64,000 bases of DNA from an uncultured Bacteroidota bacterium (lineage in GTDB: Bacteria; CLD3; SB21), in the NCBI GenBank assembly GCA_964563165.1, contig CAZLWA010000043.1:9372-73371 (forward strand), written 5' to 3'. Positions within the stretch are counted from its first letter, which is position 1; each line of letters begins with the position of its first letter. The translations under genes and the position numbers were made by a program. Below the pieces are notes generated by a model. The model saw only the letters and a list, made by a program, of their open reading frames with translations. It was not told the DNA's origin and searched no databases. Shown here one piece after another: positions 9,555 to 17,832 of the stretch.

Positions 9555-10457
9555 CTAATTGCCAAATAATGTGACATTGATTTTCATCCCCTTTTGGCGC
9601 ACGGCGGCGAGTAGCGAATCGATCTGGGCGGTCGCACTGGTTAATTTATTATAAACGGAATCGTCGTAGACCATTTTTCCCAAAGTGCCCTCCCCGCGCT
9701 GAATCTTACGGGATATACTATCCAGCGCAGTCGTGATATGAAGAACCGTTCGGGTCACTTCCGTAATATTGCCGAAGGCCGTATCCATGCGTACGTCGGT
9801 TTTTTCAAGCAGCGATCTGAAAATCTTAGTGGAGGAAGATAAACGCGTCAGCACGGTATCCAGTTTATCCTCGCTGTTGTCCACGATCGATTTCACGCGC
9901 TCGGTCGTCGATTCCAGATTATAAATGGCCTTTTTGAGGGAAGCCATCACGGCTTGGTCGCCCACGAAACTGTTCACGCCGGTCAAAACGCTGTCCATTT
10001 TTCCAAGCGTGCCCTTGACATCGTTGGCGATTTCCTTGAATTGGCTTGTGAGTTCCGTGAGGTCAGGTTCCCGTATACCGCGCAGTCTTGTTTTGCCGTC
10101 GAAAGCCTGTTCCGCTTTGCCCGGAATAAGCTCAATACGTTTTCCGCCAAAAAAATCCACGCTGGATATCATGCCGGAAGCATCTTTTCTCAGCTTGACC
10201 GAATTCGATAAGCTGGCGGTGACGATCACAGAATCTCCCTCGAGAAGAATATCGGAAACTTTGCCGACGCGCATGCCGCTCAATGTGATCGCATCACCGA
10301 TCTGCAATCCGGACGTATTGTTAAATACGACGGATACTTCGAACGTATTCGGTTTGAATGTAATCCCCTTAAGCCACACAATGCCCATCACCAGCATCGC
10401 AATGCCGGCTAAAATGGTGATGCCGACTTTAACTTCCAGTAGTTTTGTATCGTTCAA
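9555..10457 (-). CDS. MlaD/MCE family protein
   Basis: N-terminal TM (EVKVGITILAG), GLQIGDAITLSGMRVGKV MCE motif, helical tail with GEGTLGKMVYDDSVY; TTG start. Confidence 0.92.
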   Translation of the reverse strand: MNDTKLLEVKVGITILAGIAMLVMGIVWLKGITFKPNTFEVSVVFNNTSGLQIGDAITLSGMRVGKVSDILLEGDSVIVTASLSNSVKLRKDASGMISSVDFFGGKRIELIPGKAEQAFDGKTRLRGIREPDLTELTSQFKEIANDVKGTLGKMDSVLTGVNSFVGDQAVMASLKKAIYNLESTTERVKSIVDNSEDKLDTVLTRLSSSTKIFRSLLEKTDVRMDTAFGNITEVTRTVLHITTALDSISRKIQRGEGTLGKMVYDDSVYNKLTSATAQIDSLLAAVRQKGMKINVTLFGN

Positions 10458-10474
10458 TTCATTAGCTCCGGGTG

Positions 10475-11500
10475 TTACTCGAAATCTCTTTCCAAGTAGT
10501 TATTAAAGGTTCTTGATTTGACGCTTTTGTTTTGAATTTCCTGAGTCAATTTTCTGGAAAATTCTTTCGCGGCGTCGTAGCCGTAAATTTTCAATAATTG
10601 ATTGAGCGCAATGGCTTCCGCGATCACGGTAATATTTTTTCCGGGGTAGATCGGAAGTTTGACCACCGGAATGTTCACGTTCAAAATTTTGATCATTTCC
10701 TCGTCCAGGCCCAGGCGTTCGTATTCTTCTTTGCCGTCCCACAGCTGCAGGTCAATTTGAACCTCCAGCCGCTTTTGCACGCGAACGGCGCGAATACCGA
10801 ACATCTCACGCACATCGAGAATACCGACACCGCGGATCTCAATAAAATGTTTTAATTTGTTATGTCCGCGCGCCATCAAAATATTCTCTGAAAACCGGCT
10901 GATGATAACCGTATCGTCTGCGACGAGACGGTGCCCGCGCTCGATCAGGTCCAATGCGATCTCGCTCTTACCGATACCGCTTTTGCCGGTGAACATCATG
11001 CCGATGCCGTAGACATCGACCATAGAGCCGTGAAGAGAAATTTCGGGCGCAAAGATTTCTTCAAGATAGCTGCTGATGATGTGGATCGTATCCGTGGTGG
11101 AAAAATTAGTAATGACCAGGGGTACGTTCTTGCGCTTGCACAGATCCAGCATCGCGGGCAGCACTTTATTGCCGTTGGTGATAATGATGCACGGCATGTC
11201 GAATTGAAACAGTTTTTCGAGCGAATGGGTTCGCTCGTCCTCGGACAGGCTCAGCAGATAATAATTTTCCGTGTTGCCGAGAATTTGAATTTTATCATGG
11301 GTGAAAAGTTTGACGAAACCGGCTAAGGCAAGCCCGGGGCGGTGCAGATCCCGCTGGGAGAAAAATTTCTTCTCAATGCCGTTCGTGACCAAAAAATCCA
11401 GATGCATCCGTTCACGCAAGTCGTCAAACAGCTTTCGAACCGCCATTTTTTCAACTTGTTTGATATTACCTTTTTCGGTTTTGAAGACGATTTCTTCCAT
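10475..11500 (-). CDS. hprK: HPr(Ser) kinase/phosphorylase
   Basis: LHRPGLALAG, HGSMVDVYGIGMMFTGKSGIGKSE (Walker A), LVADD, IEIRGVGI, PGKNITVIAE. Confidence 0.97.
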   Translation of the reverse strand: MEEIVFKTEKGNIKQVEKMAVRKLFDDLRERMHLDFLVTNGIEKKFFSQRDLHRPGLALAGFVKLFTHDKIQILGNTENYYLLSLSEDERTHSLEKLFQFDMPCIIITNGNKVLPAMLDLCKRKNVPLVITNFSTTDTIHIISSYLEEIFAPEISLHGSMVDVYGIGMMFTGKSGIGKSEIALDLIERGHRLVADDTVIISRFSENILMARGHNKLKHFIEIRGVGILDVREMFGIRAVRVQKRLEVQIDLQLWDGKEEYERLGLDEEMIKILNVNIPVVKLPIYPGKNITVIAEAIALNQLLKIYGYDAAKEFSRKLTQEIQNKSVKSRTFNNYLERDFE

Positions 11501-11575
11501 AATTTTCTAGGTGTGTGATGGGGCAATGTAAATAATAAATAGTATTCTTTCAATTGTTAATTTCTTTAAAGCCTG

Positions 11576-14491
11576 TCACGCAGGTTGCTCAAATCGCCCG
11601 AGTTCCATTTTCAAAAATTTAGATGTGAAAGAATTCTTAACCTTGACAATTTCTTCCGGGGTTCCGGAAGCTATGATCTCGCCGCCGCCATCGCCGCCGT
11701 CCGGGCCAAGATCGATGACCCAATCCGCACACTTGATCACCTCCAAATTGTGTTCGATGATAACGACCGTATTGCCTTTATCCGCCAATTGACCCAGCAC
11801 GTTCATCAGCATTTTGATATCTTCAAAATGCAGGCCGGTCGTAGGTTCGTCAAGAATGTACAGCGTTCTTCCCGTACTGACACGGGATAATTCTTCGGCG
11901 AGTTTCACGCGCTGCGCTTCACCTCCCGACAAGGTCGTGGCCTGCTGTCCGAGATGGATGTAATCGAGGCCGACGTCATGCAGCGTCTGGATCTTACGTT
12001 TGATGTTCGGGATAGCCTCGAAAAAATCCAGCGCTTCGGCAACGGTCATTTCCAAAACTTCGGAAATATTTTTATCGCGGTATCTTATTTCCAGCGTTTC
12101 GCGGTTGTACCGTTTGCCGTCGCAGGTCTCGCAGAGCACATAGACGTCCGGGAGAAAATTCATCTCAATTTTCTTCAGTCCCGCACCCTGACATTCTTCG
12201 CAGCGTCCTCCGGGAACGTTGAAGCTGAAACGCCCGACTTTATATCCGCGGATCTTTGATTCCGGCAAACTGCCGTAGAGGTCACGAATGAGGCTGAATA
12301 AATTGGTATAGGTTGCCGGATTACTGCGCGGCGTTCGCCCGATCGGCGATTGATCGATGTCGATCACTTTGTCAATTTCTTCCAATCCCTTAAGGGTCTT
12401 ATACGGCAAAGGCGCTGTTGTGGCACGGTAAAAATGGCGCGCGAGGATGCGGTAGAGAGTTTCATTGATCAGCGAACTCTTGCCCGACCCGCTCACACCC
12501 GTAATACCGATGAGTTTTCCCAGCGGGAGTTCCAGGTCCACATGTTTCAGATTATTTCCGCTGGCGCCGCGGAGAATGATCTTCTTTCCGCTACCCGCAC
12601 GCCGGGCATTTGGAATTTCAATTTTTTTTTCGTTGCGCAGGTAAGCGCCGGTGATCGAATTTTTATACCTTAGAAACTCTTTCGGAGAACCTTGTGCGAC
12701 GATGCATCCGCCGAGCCTTCCGGCGCCGGGCCCGAGGTCAATGAGGTGATCCGCATGTTCCATCGTCTCCCGGTCGTGCTCGACGATGATGACCGTGTTG
12801 CCGAGATCGCGCAGTTGCAGAAGGGCGTCGATCAATTTTTTATTGTCGCGTTGATGTAAGCCAATGCTCGGTTCATCCAGAATGTAAAGCACGCCCACCA
12901 GTTGCGATCCCACCTGGGTTGCGAGGCGGATGCGCTGCGATTCGCCCCCGGAGAGCGTTCGTGCGGAACGGTTCAGCGTCAGATAATTCAGTCCCACTTT
13001 CAGCAGGAATCCCAGCCGCTCGTTGATCTCTTTTAAAACCGGCTCACCGATTTTGACCAGCCGCAGAGGGAGTTTAATAGAAGAGAAAAATTTGGCCGCC
13101 TGCGTCACCGATAAATTAACGCATTGATGAATATTCACATTTTCAATTTTGTATGAGAGCGCTTCCGGCTTGAGCCTGCCTCCGAGGCATGAAGGGCAAA
13201 TTTTTTCCGACATGAATCCTTCCGCCCATTGGCGGATCTGGTCCGACGAAGTGCCCCGGAAGTAATGCAGAATGCTCCCTGTGATACCTTTGTATCTGCC
13301 GGAATAATTTTTTTTCTTTTTTCCCGAAAAGTAATAGAACGCATGGCGCGTCGATCCGGTGCCGTTCAGCAATGTTTCGTAGGCCTTCTTTGAAAGCTTA
13401 TTCAGCGGGGTATCGAAATCATGGCCGAATTTGGATAAAATAATTTCCATCTGAACGTAGAACCATGTTCGTGTTTTGGCGTTATCGTATGCCGCAATGC
13501 CGCCCTGGTTGATGGTCAATGATCCATCCGGGATGATCAGATCCTCGTCAATTTCCCGGATGACGCCCAGCCCTTCACACTGCGGGCACGCGCCGTAGGG
13601 GCTATTGAATGAAAACGCTTTGGGAAAAGGTTCTTCATAACTTATCCCGCAATTTAAACACGCCAGATGCCGGCTGAAAGTCCTGTCCCCGCTTCTGGAA
13701 TTTTCTTTCGGATTGTCCATAGGGCTCACGATCAAAACGCCCTCGCCCAATTCCAGAGCTTGTTCGACGGAATCCACCAATCGCTGGCGGGACTCGTCAT
13801 TGAGCTCAATCCGGTCCACGACGACTTCAATATCGTGTATCTTAAACCGGGAAACTTTATCTACGTTCTCCAGTTCTTTGATCTCACCGTCAATACGGAC
13901 TCGTACAAATCCGCTTTTCCTTAGCTTTTCAAAGAGTTCCTGATAGTGGCCTTTGCGTCCGCGCACGACCGGCGCCAGGATCAAAACCCTGGTTCTTTTT
14001 TTGAACTTGAAGATAGCATCGATGATCTGATCTCGTGTTTGTTTTTTGATCTCGTTGCCGCAATTATAACAAAACGGCGTTGCGACCTTGGCATAGAGAA
14101 GCCGGAGATAGTCGTAGATTTCAGTGACCGTTCCGACGGTCGAGCGGGGATTGCGGCTTGCTGTTTTTTGCTCGATACTGATCGCGGGGCTCAGTCCGTC
14201 GACCAGATCTACATCGGGTTTTTCCATCATATTGAGAAATTGCCTGGCATACGCGGACAGCGATTCCACGTAGCGCCGCTGCCCTTCGGCATAGATCGTA
14301 TCGAAGGCGAGTGAGGATTTTCCGGACCCGGATAAGCCGGTGAGAACCGTCAATTGATTCCGCGGAATGTCCAGGTCGATATTTTTTAGATTATGGACAC
14401 GCGCGCCGCGAATGATGATCTTATCTTTGAAAGCGGTTGAAGACTGTTCGGGAAAAAGAAGTTCGGTCTGAATTTTTTCAGTTACGGGCAT
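11576..14491 (-). CDS. uvrA: Excinuclease ABC subunit A
   Basis: GARVHNLKN, GLSGSGKSS, two ABC cassettes (LSGGESQR, LSGGEAQR), Zn-finger CxxC pairs. Confidence 0.99.
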   Translation of the reverse strand: MPVTEKIQTELLFPEQSSTAFKDKIIIRGARVHNLKNIDLDIPRNQLTVLTGLSGSGKSSLAFDTIYAEGQRRYVESLSAYARQFLNMMEKPDVDLVDGLSPAISIEQKTASRNPRSTVGTVTEIYDYLRLLYAKVATPFCYNCGNEIKKQTRDQIIDAIFKFKKRTRVLILAPVVRGRKGHYQELFEKLRKSGFVRVRIDGEIKELENVDKVSRFKIHDIEVVVDRIELNDESRQRLVDSVEQALELGEGVLIVSPMDNPKENSRSGDRTFSRHLACLNCGISYEEPFPKAFSFNSPYGACPQCEGLGVIREIDEDLIIPDGSLTINQGGIAAYDNAKTRTWFYVQMEIILSKFGHDFDTPLNKLSKKAYETLLNGTGSTRHAFYYFSGKKKKNYSGRYKGITGSILHYFRGTSSDQIRQWAEGFMSEKICPSCLGGRLKPEALSYKIENVNIHQCVNLSVTQAAKFFSSIKLPLRLVKIGEPVLKEINERLGFLLKVGLNYLTLNRSARTLSGGESQRIRLATQVGSQLVGVLYILDEPSIGLHQRDNKKLIDALLQLRDLGNTVIIVEHDRETMEHADHLIDLGPGAGRLGGCIVAQGSPKEFLRYKNSITGAYLRNEKKIEIPNARRAGSGKKIILRGASGNNLKHVDLELPLGKLIGITGVSGSGKSSLINETLYRILARHFYRATTAPLPYKTLKGLEEIDKVIDIDQSPIGRTPRSNPATYTNLFSLIRDLYGSLPESKIRGYKVGRFSFNVPGGRCEECQGAGLKKIEMNFLPDVYVLCETCDGKRYNRETLEIRYRDKNISEVLEMTVAEALDFFEAIPNIKRKIQTLHDVGLDYIHLGQQATTLSGGEAQRVKLAEELSRVSTGRTLYILDEPTTGLHFEDIKMLMNVLGQLADKGNTVVIIEHNLEVIKCADWVIDLGPDGGDGGGEIIASGTPEEIVKVKNSFTSKFLKMELGRFEQPA

Positions 14492-14675
14492 GATCGTTTG
14501 CAGGTAAAATTAATTTTTACAAAAAAAATTCCAGAGGGCGGAAATATATTAACGGGTTGGTTGAATAGCAAGGTTATTAAACAAGGCAGGTACAAAAAAA
14601 ACCTCGAATCACTTCAAGGCTTCCAAATTTGAATACGTGGTTTAACGTGCAGATATTTAACAACCCCCCCGACAC

Positions 14676-14721
14676 TCCCTCGACACTTGTCCCGAGTCTG
14701 TTGAGGGAAGCTCGGGACAGG
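14676..14721. repeat. REP-like element with two interleaved inverted repeats
   Basis: TCCCTCGACA (14676-85) pairs with TGTTGAGGGA (14699-708, one mismatch); TGTCCCGAG (14688-96) pairs perfectly with CTCGGGACA (14711-19). Confidence 0.7.
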
Positions 14722-14746
14722 TTCTTTGATAAAGGGAAATTATGAA

Positions 14747-17134
14747 CTACTTCGGGTTTCCGATCATGACATAGGGCGCCCAGAAAAAAGGATGAATATG
14801 GAAATCACCTTTACGAATCAAAGTGATTTGCGCCTGGCGCATGGCTTCGGACTTTGGCAGCCCTTTTTTCAAATTACTGAAAAAATTCGTCATGATAATT
14901 TTCGTCGCCTGATCGTCCACCGGCCAAAGCGTAGCGACCGTGGTTGGCGCCCCGGCTATTGCAAACGCCCGGGAAAGACTGATCAACTCGACTCCCGTAG
15001 CGCTCTTCCCCATGGATGTATTACACGCGGACAATACCGCCAATTGATTCTTGTCTTTCAGAGGCAAACGGAGAATTTCACTGATAGTTAATTTATCGTC
15101 GTCATTCGTAGATTTATTCGGCGCCGTCAACAAAAACGATTTCTGCGGTTCATCACTGGACAAGAATCCGTGCGTCGCAAAAAGAACCGCCTCGTAGTTG
15201 CCGACGAGCGTCTTAATTTTATCTTTGGTCGCATCCAGATTTTTATACAAAGCTGCGTTGCTATAGGAACTCTGGACGGCTTTTGCTTCCTCTTCCGCAC
15301 CGGCCAAGCTGCCGTCCGGATTGGCAAAAATAAGCACATTAGAAATTTGTTTCCCTTTGGTTTTCGAAACCAGATCCATAAGCGTGGCCGCGGTCAGGTA
15401 ATTTACCGCTTTTTTCTCGATCAGGAAGTTAAGGTCTCCGTCTTGCGTTTCCGTCGCTAAACACTGAAATGGCAGATAGTATAAACTGCCCGCAGGAATG
15501 ATCGTGACATTTTTGATCTTATCATCCTTAATGGTTTCCCAAACCGGCAAAATTAAATAATCATTCAGTTTCGTCATGATTTCTCGGAACGGTTTCGCAT
15601 GACGATCGGTAAAACGAGAACTTTCACCTTGCTTCCAACTAACCATGCCGCTCAATCCGCGCGACATCCAGGATGCAATGTCATTTATGAAATAGCGGTA
15701 GCGCGTGACGAGTGAATCCAGCTCTTTAACGCCGACCGGAACGGATTTCGCTTCGATCTTATCTTTGGTGATCATGAAAATATACAACGCGTCGTCGGCC
15801 GGGAAGTATTCGAGCAGCACCACGTCATCGGCAAGCTGTTTTTGAAGATCGCTCAGCTGGATCGGATCCACTTTGATGACCTGATAAATATTCGGATATT
15901 TGGTTTCGAGATCGATCATGAGCGCATTGAAATCGCCCTGGTTTTTAGTTAACGTTTTACTCAGGTTGTCGATTTTTGCTTTGTCCTGCTTTTCGATCGG
16001 CTTCGCTTTTTCTTCCGTCAGTTGTTTTTGCAAGTCGTCATTGGCGTTCTGAAGTTGTTGAACCTTGTCCACGGCTTTTTGTTCCGTTTTATCCGTCACC
16101 TGCAATTTGTCCGCGTTGAGTACGTCGTTGGAAATTTTCGCTTTGTTGCGTTCGATGTATTGGAAGGCTTCCGTATTACTGCCCGCGTGCCTGAGCAGAG
16201 AGATGAGCCGCTTGTAAACCGGGTTCTTATCTTTCAGGAAACTCTCAAAAAAATCTTTCCGTGTGAAATTGCCGCGCAAACCTTCAATGTAATCAACCGA
16301 TTTTTTCAAGGCCGCAATGGCATTTTTCATGTCGTCCGCAGCTTTTTTCATATCCCCGCGAATTTCATTCTGCTTCATGGACGTTTCATAGATCGTTCCG
16401 ATGAACGAATAGGTGCGCCACAGTCCTTCACGATCGCCGATATCTTCAAGAAGGGACGCGCTTTTCTGATAGTATTTCCGCGCGCTGTCCATGTCGCCGG
16501 TTTTCATGTAGATGCGGGCCAAATTGGCAAGATCGTACGCAATACCGCCTTTGGAGCTGACCTCGGTGTGCAACGTCATCGCCTGATTCAGATAGTCCGC
16601 GGCCTGCTGATACAGCTCCGCTTCAAAATACATCGTGGCGATATTGTTTAGGTCGTTTCCTGCGCCGGCCTTATCTTTGAGTTCTTCATGAAATTGTTTT
16701 GCTTTTTCGTGAAATGCGGAGATCGTTCCGATATCTTCCAGGCTGAGGCTCTGGCCGGTCTTTTTCAGGTCCGCTTCTTTTACGCGATACGCCGAAATAC
16801 CCCAATTGCCCAACGCACTCGCCGCACCGGATTTGTTCTTCGTTTCGACAAATAAGGGCACAGCCGTTTTGAAATAGTCCACCGCCTTGTCGTGCTGGTT
16901 CAGCAATTGAAAAACCAACCCCAAATAATTATTCGCATCCGCCATGCCGGACCTGTTTTTTGCCGAAGTGTATGCGGTCAGAGCGGTTTGAAATGAATTT
17001 ACCGCCTGCTCGTACTGACCGTTCTTGAAGGCCGCGGCGCCGTTTTTAAAATCGTCTTGTCCGAAAACCACGGGGCGGTTCCCCAATAGTACCATCAGAC
17101 TCAGCATCATGCCGGACGTTAAGAATCTTCTCAT
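14747..17134 (-). CDS. Exported TPR-CHAT domain caspase-like cysteine peptidase
   Basis: 795 aa; signal peptide ending VFG|QDD; about 5-6 TPR units; coiled coil; CHAT motifs LLEYF, IIPAGSLYYLPF, FATHG (His655), LSACNT (Cys704), ATLWPVDD, HPFFWAPYVMIG. Confidence 0.93.
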   Translation of the reverse strand: MRRFLTSGMMLSLMVLLGNRPVVFGQDDFKNGAAAFKNGQYEQAVNSFQTALTAYTSAKNRSGMADANNYLGLVFQLLNQHDKAVDYFKTAVPLFVETKNKSGAASALGNWGISAYRVKEADLKKTGQSLSLEDIGTISAFHEKAKQFHEELKDKAGAGNDLNNIATMYFEAELYQQAADYLNQAMTLHTEVSSKGGIAYDLANLARIYMKTGDMDSARKYYQKSASLLEDIGDREGLWRTYSFIGTIYETSMKQNEIRGDMKKAADDMKNAIAALKKSVDYIEGLRGNFTRKDFFESFLKDKNPVYKRLISLLRHAGSNTEAFQYIERNKAKISNDVLNADKLQVTDKTEQKAVDKVQQLQNANDDLQKQLTEEKAKPIEKQDKAKIDNLSKTLTKNQGDFNALMIDLETKYPNIYQVIKVDPIQLSDLQKQLADDVVLLEYFPADDALYIFMITKDKIEAKSVPVGVKELDSLVTRYRYFINDIASWMSRGLSGMVSWKQGESSRFTDRHAKPFREIMTKLNDYLILPVWETIKDDKIKNVTIIPAGSLYYLPFQCLATETQDGDLNFLIEKKAVNYLTAATLMDLVSKTKGKQISNVLIFANPDGSLAGAEEEAKAVQSSYSNAALYKNLDATKDKIKTLVGNYEAVLFATHGFLSSDEPQKSFLLTAPNKSTNDDDKLTISEILRLPLKDKNQLAVLSACNTSMGKSATGVELISLSRAFAIAGAPTTVATLWPVDDQATKIIMTNFFSNLKKGLPKSEAMRQAQITLIRKGDFHIHPFFWAPYVMIGNPK

Positions 17135-17192
17135 AAATTATTTACCTCTAAATACTTTCGTTGTAAGTAATTTCAATCTCTGTTAATCTCAA

Positions 17193-17789
17193 CTAACTGG
17201 GTGTGGTAAGCTGTCTTTTTTTCTCTGCCAGAAAGAATTCTTTGAAGCTCTTTTTGAATTGTTCAACGTCGGAACCCAGGAATTTGGATTTGGTACCGAC
17301 TTCAACCACGATACGCTCGATCTCCGAATATCCGTCATCCAGCGGCATTTCAACCGTCGCGAAGGTGGTATCGCCCTTGTCCGATTTGGAATACTCGGAA
17401 ATTCGGCTGTTGCGGAGCGTCGTGGATTTTTTAAACGCGTCTGTAATCTGATTGCAATATTGCGCCACATCCACGCTGCCTGCAAAAAGGTCTTTTTGAA
17501 CCGACGAAAATTTTTCCACCATCCGGCATGCATCGGCGCTCAGCATGGTGATGATATTTTCCCGCGCTTTGAGTTCCGCCTTCGAACGCGCCATGGATTC
17601 GGTTTTCAGCGTCGAACTGCCTATTGCTTCATAGTCTCCGGATTCGGTGGATCCGGACTGCATTTTTGAATCGGAGGCGGTAGACGATGAATCGGCCTTT
17701 ACACCGTCTTTTTGGGGTTCCTGTTTTTTTGCCGGGGGGCAGCCTGCCAGGATAAAACCTAGTAAGAAAATCCAGTTTATTTTTTTCAT
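17193..17789 (-). CDS. Lipoprotein with LPP20-like domain
   Basis: Lipobox ILAGC; Ser-rich linker; YEAIGSS..MARSKAELKARENI pattern shared with neighbouring LPP20-like domains; GGAG SD. Confidence 0.7.
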   Translation of the reverse strand: MKKINWIFLLGFILAGCPPAKKQEPQKDGVKADSSSTASDSKMQSGSTESGDYEAIGSSTLKTESMARSKAELKARENIITMLSADACRMVEKFSSVQKDLFAGSVDVAQYCNQITDAFKKSTTLRNSRISEYSKSDKGDTTFATVEMPLDDGYSEIERIVVEVGTKSKFLGSDVEQFKKSFKEFFLAEKKRQLTTPS

Positions 17790-17832
17790 TTGATCTCCGA
17801 TAATTTTAGTTTCAAACCGGTGCGAACAGATA

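Noticed and set aside
10475-11500. hprK in a diderm without adjacent PTS genes
   Set aside because: HprK is known from many diderm lineages and is often unlinked to PTS genes; ordinary.
14747-17134. CHAT protein as a CRISPR type III-E Craspase or other known defence module
   Set aside because: No cas, NTPase or gasdermin-like genes nearby, and the protein carries an export signal.
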